Part shown: one piece after another, positions 53,185 to 64,000 of the stretch
Position numbering within the stretch: position 1 is the stretch's first letter
How the letters are laid out: each line of letters begins with the position of its first letter
From: Cirrosporium novae-zelandiae
Lineage: Eukaryota
Direction of reading: 5' to 3'
DNA length: 64,000 nucleotides
Assembly (NCBI GenBank): GCA_026023565.1
Contig: JAPETS010000009.1
Coordinates: 124,001-188,000 of the forward strand
Position numbers and translations under genes: made by a program
Notes under the pieces: model-generated
Told to the model about the DNA's origin: nothing
The model's input: the letters and a program-made list of their open reading frames with translations, nothing else
The model's database searches: none

Positions 53185-55554
53185 TCAATATGCCTTCACA
53201 CCTTCCACTACACTCTTGGCCTCTGTGTCTTTTTCAACATCTCTATCCTTTTCGACGCCTTCGACGGTCTCCACTATCGTCCCGGCTCTGAGTTCTTCGC
53301 CCTTCTGTCCAGTGACAAATTTCATGAATGACAACAAGCTATCTTTACCTTGCCACAATGGCATGATCAAGATTGTCAAGCTAGCGACCCAGGCAAATAT
53401 GAATGTGAAAGCCACCCAGGCACGGAAGAAGGGCTTGCTGAATACATAAGATGATCCATACATGGGCATAGGGAATAGGATGACAAAGATAAGACAGAGG
53501 GCACTAACAGGTATGATTAGCTCTATAGGTTCCACGAAATTATCACAGACTCAAAACTCACATGGCTAGTGCAATTCCCCAATTTCTTGCTTTGTGCAAC
53601 GATCTCTCTTCTTCTGGACTCAAACTTTCCTTCTTCATTTGCTCGGCTAGCTGTTCCTGCGTTAATCCAGCAACATCGCTATCATCTATGACTTTGATCT
53701 CTGTCTGAAATCTCGACCAGTTGAAGTCATCGGGTCCAAATATGAAGGTGAGGAGTATAGAGTACACGGCACCAGAGACAAGAGATGTAGCATTGCCTAC
53801 AACGAGAGGAAGTGCGGTTGAGGTTGTAGCGATAGTCACAGAGCCTTCAAAGGCATACGCTGAGCCAAGCCAGGAGGATATTGCAGTAATGCTACCAAGG
53901 ACAGGGGCAATGCATATGGCCGCCTTGTTTTGACGTTTCCAAAGGATGGTACTATACATCGGCCAAACCATACTAGAAGTGAATATACTAAAATGACGCG
54001 TTAGAAATAGAACACCGCGATTTCGTCAGGGAACAAATCTTACCCCATACATGTCACAAGGTAGTTCACACCGATAGCATACTGCAGACCGGAAGCTATT
54101 CCTGCCATGAGAAGACTCCATATGATTACTGCCCAATGCGACATTTTCACTAGTCGACTGCCAGTAGCAGTAGGATTTATATATGTCCCATATATGTCGT
54201 AAGCGAAAACTGAAGCCACAGCTACCAGATCTGCAGAGAACCCAGATGTGCAGGCCATGAAAACCATCAACAAGATGAAGACAGCTCCACCATTACCCAT
54301 AAGAGCAGCCGCAACATAGGGAAGGGGGAGGCCTTGGTTAACCTCATCCGAAGTCATAAGTCGAGGCCACGTTGGGAATGCAGGGTTACTCTCCAGAGCT
54401 CGCGCCGCCAGGCCAAAGGTTGTTGCTAGGCAAAATGGGATGCTAAAAGTTGGATTAATTTCTATTCTTCCTGAAAAAACGGAGCGAGGGACTCAACGTG
54501 AACCATGCAAGACCTCCTATCATGTATCCCGGCAACGTACTAGATGGATTCGCAGCGATTGCCTGAAATTATTTCTAAGTATTGGCTTTTGAGAAAGAGT
54601 ATGAGCAACAGACCTTTTGATACAGCTGGAAATCGACCGTGGTACCGAATACTGCACACCAAAATATCACACCGAACAGGACAGCGTCAAGACTTCTCAT
54701 GGTAAGATATTCGCCACCCGCATTCCCAGAGACTGGAGCAGTCTGCGCGGCTTGTTTCAAAAGCTCCCACATAGCATCAGGAGAGCCAATCAGCGATGAA
54801 TGGGTATAGACAATGAAGAGCCCTGTAAGAACGAGCGCATAGACAATGACCGTGTGAACATAATCAGTTAAGAAGGTGGCCTTGATGCCACCAAATAAAG
54901 TATAAATTACCACACCAACAGGAAGAAGGAAACTTCCAAATCGTTAGCAAGTTTCTAGTCGCAAGGCCTCAAAGCTCACCATCCTGCAACTGGATGCATT
55001 CCCGTCAGAGCAGAGAATACTGCAGAACCCCCAACCAAGATGTTTACGCAATTGATAATCTGGTACATTGTGGAATAGATCATCTGAATCCAATGCCCAG
55101 TCTTTCCATATCGTATCTTTGATACTTCAAGGAAAGTATGAGCCCCTGGTGCCTTGCGTTTGAGCTCGATTGCGCTAACAGCAAAGACATATATCTGCAC
55201 AGATGCGCCTGCGCCGTAGAAATAAGCTCCAGAAATACCATATGAGTAAGTCCATGAAGTAGAAGTAAGCAAAGTCGCAGCAATTGTCCAGCCCGATACC
55301 ACAGCCGAAGCAACAAGTCCACTTTTGATAGAGTGTTTTGCTGTTGAAAACATCTCAGAGGTCTGAACCTCTTTATTGAACTTTCCAAGGACATATGATG
55401 CCCACCACATTCCGATTGCGAAAATTGCTCCAACTCCAATGAGAATTCCATAACCGACACCTAGAATATATCAGAATAAAGCTCAGATGTAATTCTGGGA
55501 GACGAGATCCTTGCCTTGGCCTAGCGGCGGTGCTACACTGGAGGTTGAAGACAT
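53185..55554 (-). CDS. Dur3/UreA-like sodium:solute symporter family transporter, a divergent paralogue; 6 introns, the first GC-AG (55514-55461)
   Basis: Spliced N-terminus MSSTSSVAPPLGQGVGYGILIGVG. Motifs: SEMFSTAKHSIKSGLVASAVVSGWT, IELKRKAPGAHTFLE, YTLFGGIKATFLTDYVHT, GNAGGEYLTMRS, KAIAANP..GYMIGGLAWF, YDIYGTYINPTATG, LFPMPMYGSSYVFSKPFFRAWV. Confidence 0.93.
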
Positions 55555-56594
55555 TGTACAAAAGACAAGAAAACAAATCTCCTATAGGGAACAGATAGAT
55601 GATAGTGCCGACAGACCCAGAAGAAGCGAGGTAGTGTACGGGAAGTGCAAATGGAATTAACGATAGGAAATATAGGAATAAAGGAATAGCAAGAGAACTG
55701 ATAAGACTTACCTTGCACCTATCAATTATGTGTAGGTGCCTCTTGCAGAGGCCATCTCCAAAGTATATTCCATCCTTATCAATATGAATATCGGCTATGC
55801 TGCATGATATCAACATTAGCTCACAAAGGACCCCTGACGATGAGCTTCTACTGCTTGAGACTTTCGTGTAATACAGTGGCTTGTTTCTCTCCTTACGGAT
55901 AACAGTATTTGGACTGTATACCTAAATAGGAAGAATCACGCCAGATGTGAGATGACATCAGTTAGATAGAAACACGCGAAGAACAGGTGTTTGAAAACAG
56001 CTCTAAAGAAAAGATAGCGATTGAATTTGGACATTTTGAATAATAATTATGGCTTGATACTGATTCCAACAAGGAAGCTGGTCTCGAAGAGACGCTTTCG
56101 GAGTTCTAGGTAAGAAGGTAAGATAATAATGTTGATCGGTCGGGGTTGACAGGTGGAAACCTAGATATCATCATACTAGAACATCATTGGAGATAATTTG
56201 ATATCAATACTGCTGCGATAACGGCTGATGGACTTGAAACATATAACCGCAGTCAGTTCACAATGGAAGTAAGGTTATCCTGGCTTGGCCCCACGAGCCA
56301 GCTTGAGTATATTGTGGTGAGTCGTGGTTGACCGATAACATCCAAATTAGGAAGCTGGCTTTATCTCCGACGAATTTAGGTGGGTTTAAATATTACGGAA
56401 TATGTCAACTAACAGCCATGTTCCACATGTTATCCATTTACCCCAGGGTTCCCACCTACATGCTTCCATATGAATTTAGGTTGTATTTAATACCTGCCGC
56501 AAATAGACGGCGCTTTCACTAAGGAAACTACTCATTCTTTAAATGACAAGGTAACAAGAGGTTTAATTGGAAGGTTAAACAATCTCCACAGAAT

Positions 56595-57621
56595 TTAAGC
56601 AAAGTACTTGGCGTTGAAAGCATCTACGACTTCTCTAGTAGCTTTGACAATATCCAAGCAGCCCGGAGAATCCGAATGACAGCAAATCGTCGTGGGATAA
56701 TCCTTCACCGGCAGTTGAACAATTTGTCCATCCACCGAAGTTACAGATTGAGTTTCAATCTGTTGTGAGACATGCTTCTTCACATCCTCGAGCACCCAAG
56801 GTTTCTTTTTCCGATCAATAATCAGCGTACCTTCATTTGTATATTTGACATCGCCGTAGAACTCTAAGCATTGACTGTCAGTAGTCAAAAGAAGTGAGAA
56901 TTCATATATACTTGCCTGCAAAGAACTTGATTCCAAGATTGTTGGCTGCTGTTTCCATGTTTGTTCCGGCAAGACCAAAAACAGGTACCCCCTTGGGAAT
57001 GCCACGCATAACAGCTTCTGCAACCTCATAGTCTCTGCACATCATTCCGTATAATATCCCTACAGTTGATTTAGCCACCCCTTCTGCCATTTGTAATATT
57101 TGCTTTAGCTACCATGAGGCTTGACATGATGCAATGGCATCCCTTCTTGATCGAGAAATCCTTTCAGAGCTCCAACTTGATAGATAGTGAGGGCCGTGAG
57201 TTCTTCCGGAGAGAGTTTCATCTCTTCTTGTTCATTAGGCAATTAGATATTAATAATGAAGAACTGACTTGCCTCTTCGTCCAAATCCATTCAAATCTGG
57301 TAAACCCGGATGGGCACCAACTTTGATATTGTGTTTTTTGCAATTGCGGACAGTTTCCATCATTATAAGGGGATCCCTGGTCATCGATGAGCCATTGCTC
57401 TAGACAATTAGCTAAGGGTAGAGCAAATCTCACGATGCATGAAAACCACAAGCGATATTTGCATAATCGATTAGAGGAATGAGCTCAAGATCAGGGCCAC
57501 AGACCCAGTTTCCATACTAGGAGGGAAATCGTCAGTTTCGGATCATTCATACAGGATTGAGTGCTCGTACCCCTTCTCCAAGGTCAACATTAATTAATGC
57601 CTTGTGTTGTATTGGACTCAT
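56595..57621 (-). CDS. lamB: LamB/YcsF family protein (5-oxoprolinase PxpA-like); 5 introns, two of them GC-AG
   Basis: Hand-spliced sequence: [120 protein letters not shown]...[11 protein letters not shown]...[10 protein letters not shown]. All LamB/YcsF signature blocks are present. The ORF track shows it only as fragments. Confidence 0.95.
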
Positions 57622-58132
57622 GATTCAGGTAATATGAGAAAGTTGTTGAAAATTCTTATGTCCAATTAGCAGCAGTGCTGTGACGAACATCTTCATATTG
57701 TTATTGTAGATCAATTGTTCGTATCACCCCTCCGGATCGTCTCCCGATTGCTTACTGGTGTAAAGTGGGCGATGGGCTAAAGTGTTGAAGCTTGAAATGC
57801 TCGGCACACCCATATACCCTATGTGGCAATTCGACTCGACCTCCACTATCAGTAAAGAAACCTTATGGGTACAACAACGTACATCCTGGAACTTCACCCC
57901 TCTTATCTACAATGTTATCGGATTTATCGTTCTATGACCTAGCTCGGCAAAGGACTTGCCCCTCAGATAGTAGCCGCCAAGGTTAACCTGTCCGAGATTG
58001 TACTACATAGCTCATATCACGGCATTCGATGATGGTCAAGATGGGTTTCAAACTTTGGCCGGCAGCTGCTGGCGATTCATATTTAAGGCTGCTTTCGGTA
58101 TTTATGGTATTATCTGGGTTGGGATTCTCAAT
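57622..58132. promoter_or_regulatory. Shared 511-bp divergent promoter with a CCAAT box and a GATA cluster
   Basis: CCAAT at 57662-57666. Three same-orientation TTATC cores at 57903, 57915 and 57924, with more GATA cores near 57845, 57965 and 58110. Confidence 0.65.
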
Positions 58133-61100
58133 ATGGAAGCCATAAGAACTTTGTTGGTAGCAAATCGGGGAGAAATAGCTGTGAGAATTATTAAAACAGC
58201 CAAGTATGTTACTATTCTATAATACTGACGCATAGATCGCTTATTTCTTGCAATATAGGGCTCTAGGAATTCGAACAATTGCGATATATACAGAGGCAGA
58301 TGCAGCATCAACCCACGTTGCCTTGGCTGACGAAGCGGTTCTTTTGGCTGGCGAAAATGGGTCAGGATATATTGACGGGTTAGAGTCTTCAATTTCGTTG
58401 ATTATTATGTTATAATTTAGCCCCTAACAATTCATGTCCTCATTAGAGACCACATTGTCCAAATTGCGAAAAAATACGATGCCAATGCTGTGATCCCTGG
58501 CTATGGGTTTCTCTCAGAACATGCAGAATTCTCACAGGCTGTTCATGCTGCTGGTATGGTTTTTGTAGGGCCATCGGCAGAGAGCATTGAAGCCTTTGGA
58601 ATTAAACATACCGCAAGGGGACTGGCAGAGAAGGCCGGAGTGCCTGTTGTACCTGGCTCTGGACTCGTAAAAGACCAAGAAGAAGCGTTACGAATCTCAA
58701 ATGAACTTGGATTTCCGGTACAGCACTCTCTCATGATTTGGACTATAGGATACCCCTAGTTTAGTAACTAATGCATTTTGACTAGATCATCCTCAAAGCG
58801 ACCGCGGGGGGAGGTGGCATGGGTCTTATGCAGTGCTCTAATGAAGAGGAGGTCAAGAAGTCATTCGATATGGTCCAATCGCGAGGTACTACACTCTTCA
58901 AGAATGCTGGAGTATTCATTGAAAGGTTCTACCCTTCGAGCCATCATATTGAAGTTCAAGTATTCGGTAACGGACTCGGCAAAGCTATAAGCTTTGGAGA
59001 GAGAGAATGTTCCATACAAAGAAGGCATCAAAAAGTCATTGAAGAGTGTCCCAGCCCCTTTGTCACGAAACACCCAGGTAGGTATATTCAATTCAAGGCT
59101 TTGAACGTGTACTGATATTTTGGAAGAGCTTCGAGATAAATTGTGCTCCGCTGCAATCAAACTTGCCGAGTCTATCAAATATGGCTCAGCCGGAACCGTT
59201 GAATACCTTGTAGATGACGAATCAGGAGATTTTTTCTTTCTAGAGATGAATACGAGACTCCAGGTTGAACATGGCATCACCGAGCTCTGCTACAATGTTG
59301 ATATGGTAGAGCTCATGTTAAAGCAAGCTGATGCCCAGCTGCTTGGGAGGGGAGGCCTAGATTCAGCAAATCTAGAGGCCCTCATAACAACCAAACCTAA
59401 TGGCTTCGCTATAGAGGCCAGGCTATACGCTGAAAACCCTGCCAAGAACTATGCACCATCTCCAGGAACCTTAGCGCTAGTCAAGTGGCAGGAAACAGAT
59501 GGTTCAAGGATTGATACGTGGGTGCATACAGGCTCACAAATCACATCATATTATGATCCTCTATTGGCTAAAGTCATGTTCCACTCAAAGACCTCCCGCC
59601 AAGATGCGATATGTGGAATGCTTGAGGTGCTCAAAGGATCTGAAGTGTGTGGGCCACCTACTAATCTTGATTTCCTAGCTTCAATCCTCCAAACCCCCGA
59701 ATTCATGTCTGGGAAAACGCTTACAAAGTTCCTTTCATCTTTCAAATATTCACCATCAGCTATTGATGTCCTCGCTGGGGGAGCATTGACACAAATCCAA
59801 GACTGGCCAGGGAGGCCGACGTTAGGGAAAGGATTTCCTCACTCTGGCCCCATGGACCCCCTCGCTTTTCGCATTGCTAATTTGCTCGTTGGAAACCCAA
59901 TGGGTATGGAGGCATTGGAAATAACACTAAATGGTCCCGACTTGGTTTTCTTGGGTCCCGCTATCATATCTTTATGTGGCGCACCTATGGAAGCCGAATT
60001 AGATGCAAACCCCTTTAAAATGTGGACTAGAACTAAGGTTGAAGCTGGGCAGAGGCTGAAGATTGGGAAAACCATAGGAGGGGGATGCCGAGCTTATTTG
60101 GCGATATATGGCGGGTTTCCTGGCATAGCGAGTTGGTTTGGCTCCAAGTCGACAAGCACAATGGTAGGCGTAGGAGGCCTCCAAGGTCGAGCTCTTGCAA
60201 CAGGTGACCTTCTAACCATAACTCAAGATCTTCCCAAAGATGTTGGAGATGCCAGCCTTCCCGAGAATCTTATACCAGAATATCCAAATCATTGGGAAAT
60301 TCTAGCAATGTCTGGACCTTACGATGATGACTTCTTAACGACTGAAGATGTCCAGGCTATTTTCAACAACACTTGGACAATTAGTCATAATGCTGCTCGC
60401 GGTGGAATTCGACTCCTAGGTGACATCAAACCAAAGTGGGCTCGTTCAGACGGGGGTGAGGGTGGAGCACATCCCAGTAATGTACCAGAGTATGGCTATT
60501 CAATTGGAGCTCTCAACTGGACCGGAGATGACCCCGTTATCTTTCCCGTCGACTGTCCTGATTTTGGAGGGTTTGTCTCTTGCCCTACTATAGTTAAGGG
60601 TGAATTTTGGAGACTTGGGCAGGTAAAGGCCGGGGACACGCTCAAATATAGAGAAGTTTCTTTAGCCGATGCCCTAGTAGTAAGAGCCACTGTGGAAAAG
60701 TATATTGATGGAGTCGCCAAATGTTGCTTGCGAAATACCGGCTGGAATGAGGTCTTAAGACTCGATTATAACGAATTGATATCTTCGACTTCTTCAAAAG
60801 GTGCTAAGAAAGGAGTTATCCGGAAGCTTGAAGCTACAGAGGCTAGGCCTGTAGTGTCATATCGGCAGGTCAGTAGTTCCCCGTTCTCAAACTTTTACCA
60901 ACCAGAGTGCTGACATCTAGTTAAGGGCGGGGATGACTTTCTCCAGGTGGAGTACGGTGTGGGAATGTTCGACCTAAATCATACATGCAGAGCCACAGCA
61001 CTCAACAAAACGCTCAAAGAATCAAAAGGCCCTATATCATTCTCTACCGGGATTACTAACACCGTTGTTTGTGGCAATTCCATAACGTTCCACTATGATG

Positions 61101-62203
61101 GCACCAAGATCCCCCAAGCAACACTTTTAGAGGAACTATGTAAGTTGGAGGATGTACTCGGTGATCTTCATAGTATAAAATTCCCAAGCCGTCTTTTCCG
61201 TCTCCCTTTGACTCTTGAAAGCTGGCGCCAGACGGCTGCAATCCAAAGATATATGGAGACTCAGAGACCTTATGCAAGTTATTTACCAGATAACATGGAC
61301 TTTGTTGCCAAGAATAACGGATTTACCCGCCAAGATCTGGAGAAGATATATTTCGAGCAGCGATTCATTACTATAGCCGTAGGTTTCTTTTGTGCGCTCC
61401 CGCTCTGTCTATCAGTGGATCCAAGATTCCGGTTGAACTGTCCGAAGATGAACCCCTCAAGAGTATGGACTCCTAGTGGCCAGTGGAGCTGGGGTGGATC
61501 ATGCGGTGCTCTGTACAATGTCGAGTCTCCCGGGGGCTATCAACTTACCGGACTTACAATTCCAAGTGTTGACATTCTAGGCTATAAAAAGGGTTACTCA
61601 CCTGATCGCCCTTGGTTATTTGAGGACTTTGACCAGTTGTCCTTCTACCCTGTTAGTGAAGAGGAATATGAAAGACAGCGCGCCCTATTCTATAGCGGAC
61701 GCTATGAATATGACTGGAAGCCTGTCATGTTTGACATGAAAGAGCATAACAAACTCCTGAAGGAGACCCGGGCCGAGGTGGAAGAGACCCGGAAACGCCA
61801 AAGGCTCGCACAAGAAGAAATGGACAAACTAGAAAAGGAGATGCTTGAGAAATGGAATCAAGAAAAAGCCAAAGATGAAATACCTATGGATGAAGTCGAA
61901 GCGCTGTTGAACGGTAAATGCGTCCTCATAATCGCAATGCTTCATCCTACTAACTCTTGCACAGATCCCGCCATCGCCAAAATCGAAAGCCCCCTAAACG
62001 CGAACGTATGGAAAGTCATGGTTGAAGAAGGCCATACTCTTGAAGCCGATGAAACAGTGGTGATCCTAGAAGCTATGAAATTAGAGATTTCCGTTCGCGC
62101 GGATGCGGGCCTCGCAGGTGCCAAGGTGGAGAAGCTCTTGGTCAGACCTAATGATGTAGTGAAGGGAGGAGGCTCGTTGTTACTTGTAAGGAAAAAAGGG
62201 TAG
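58133..62203 (+). CDS. lamA: Biotin-dependent urea-carboxylase-like protein (LamA-like): biotin carboxylase, AHS2/PxpC-like, AHS1/PxpB-like and biotinyl domains; no amidase domain; 6 introns
   Basis: BC domain: LLVANRGEIAVR, PGYGFLSE, GGGGMG, ERECSIQRRHQKVIEE, FLEMNTRLQVEHG, EARLYAE, YYDPLLAK. CT domain: TQIQDWPGR...GPMD, LEITLNGP, GSKST, PKMNPSR, SPGGYQ. Biotin site: EAMKLE. The last intron, 61914-61964, is in frame. The symbol is inferred from the head-to-head layout with lamB. Confidence 0.92.
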
Positions 62204-62632
62204 ACTTTAGACGATGACGGTCTATTTTCTCTGTTGATGACCAAATCCTCTAGTTTCTAATATCCATCTCCGTTATGTAGCATCCCTTCTCATCCTCAGT
62301 CCGTACTTGTGAACGTATACCAATGTTATAATTACTTCCTCATTAATATATTTTCAAACCCATTCCTAGTATAATAGGGAAATGATTCTCATTTTCTTTT
62401 GGTTGAGACTGGAGAGCTGTCAATGTCTACATTTTGCTCTGGTGGTTGGCGTGTTCGGCGCTTGGCTCATTTCGGTCCGACGACCTCTGATATCCCGATT
62501 GAAGCTTCTTAGCACATACAAGATACAAGCCCACAACATCTATGGGGCCTTCTGATATTTTGCTACTATAAATATTTATTCAAAGCTATCAGAATCAGAG
62601 TGTGTTCTCGCTTTATCGCTACTGGTTCTAGG

Positions 62633-63916
62633 CTAATCCTCATCCCTTTCGACCTTTGCTGGAATGGGTTTATTTGCCAAAGGAGTCAAGCGGAAACCAT
62701 GTCTCCTATCGCCAACAGGATAATCAAGTGTTTGTGAATGGTGCACAATTCTTTGATCCCAGACTAGGACAGTACCAGCCTCGTACCTGACTCGACAAGA
62801 GAAGTCCTGGCCTCGCGCAATATGATCAAACAGGAATTTCAGAAGATAGTCTGACTCCTCTTGGTCGAAGCCGACTATCCTTTTGGTGTATACCGGATTG
62901 ACATCTATATTTTAATGAGCAATATTGACAAGATATTGAACAAAGAGACTTACAAAGTGCCTTTTCGCGAGTGACTGGATGGACAATCACGACAGGATGT
63001 TCTGCTTTACAAATTCCACGTCGCATAACAGCCTTCTCGCCATGTTTCAACTCCGTGCGCACGCCATCATCGTTATTGTGAATAGCAGTTAAACCCTCCA
63101 GCCGCTTCCGAAACCTAGGTGAGAGACGACTGAATGCTCGGACGCTTGAACTGACCAGAGTATCCCCACCAGCAGATGAAGGTGACTCGAGCATGCAGAT
63201 GAATGTTGTCCCTGGAGGCTGCTGCTCGGCGCTTTGATCAGAATGCCATTGAACGGGGCTTCTGCCCGCCCATTGCTTACGTACACGGAGATCACTAGCG
63301 ATGAACATTTAGCAAAGCGGACAATCCGTATTATCGAGGGACTCATACTCCTTGTGGTCATATATAATCATGTGTTCCTCTGATCCAGCCACTGGGTGAG
63401 GAGCCCAGCTTCATGTTGTCAGCTTGAGTCTTCTAACACTCTAAAGATTCTACCCACCCATGTATGTGCAATGGACCGAAATGTCTGACAATGTTTTTCT
63501 GCGCTTCCATTCCAATGTTTGCGAAATCTTGATCACGGAAAACTAGCGCTCCCCGTTTAGCAGTTAGCAAAGCGAGCTCGTCCAATCCAGCACTGTCAAG
63601 CTGGGATAGTTGTACACCATGGATCTCTGTCCCAACATGGGGCGATAGATCCCACATCTTGGTCATGGTCTTTAACAAGGTCGGCAGTTTTGGATCAGCT
63701 CGATGTCCTGGATCATGGTGCTCAAAGGGGCCGATATCCTCTACTTTCTCAAGAGGGTCGTAAAACGCTATCCAGGAGCTTAGCAAACTTGTTCCGAATC
63801 ATGGAATCACACCTACGCATGTAGTCTGGGTATAGAGGAGACCCATCGTCATTTTTTGGGCGGACAACTTTTACGTGCTGAGGCACATTGGCCGTGGTAG
63901 TCGTAGCGATCGGCAT
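62633..63916 (-). CDS. TauD/TfdA-family Fe(II)/2-oxoglutarate dioxygenase (Jlp1-like); 3 introns
   Basis: Motifs: DPGHRADP, LSPHVGTEIHGVQLSQL, LVFRDQD, WHSDQS (HxD), GGDTL, HPVVIVHPVTREKAL|YVNP, ES..LLKFLFDHI, VWDQRIVHH (distal His), RRHGFR. ATG at 63916, TAG at 62635-62633. Confidence 0.93.
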
Positions 63917-64000
63917 TGGAAATATCAGATATGAAGGAACTCAATAATTTCTAAGAGATGCAATAATCCTAATACTTTTCTATAAAAATTACATTGACGC

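Noticed and set aside
56595..57621. lamB as a frameshifted pseudogene
   Set aside because: The apparent frame breaks resolve into an intact protein once five introns, two with GC donors, are removed.
58133..62203. Calling this urea amidolyase DUR1,2
   Set aside because: The protein begins at the biotin carboxylase domain with no amidase domain, the urea-carboxylase Asp is missing, and its partner is lamB.
2096..63916. One window-wide nitrogen/sulfur cluster including allantoicase and the arylsulfotransferase
   Set aside because: They are 11-50 kb from the lam block and separated by unrelated housekeeping and signalling genes.

Overview
Eukaryotic DNA from a filamentous ascomycete (Pezizomycotina-type short introns, mostly ~45-105 nt, with CTRAC/GCTAA branch sites). 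I found no rRNA, tRNA, CRISPR or intact transposon. Thirteen protein genes can be modelled by hand: a 5'-truncated TBC/Rab-GAP, allantoicase, a Q/P-rich protein, an NmrA-like Rossmann protein, a ~2540-aa group X hybrid histidine kinase, a BTB-like protein, a membrane-anchored arylsulfotransferase, the DEAD-box helicase Spb4, a disordered hypothetical protein, and a compact four-gene block at 53.2-63.9 kb. That block is the most interesting part. It holds a Dur3/SSS-family transporter, a LamB/YcsF (PxpA-like) gene, a divergently transcribed biotin-dependent urea-carboxylase-like gene (LamA-like) and a TauD-family dioxygenase. Both the carboxylase and the transporter lack residues I recall as urea-recognising, which points to a nitrogen-regulated lactam/cyclic-amide uptake and ring-opening module rather than urea catabolism. 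Three introns in the two left-hand genes need rare GC-AG splicing. Several intergenic stretches are microsatellite-rich with eroded tandem duplications, and the genes next to them switch from C-rich to G-rich along their length. All family calls come from motif recognition, not database searches.
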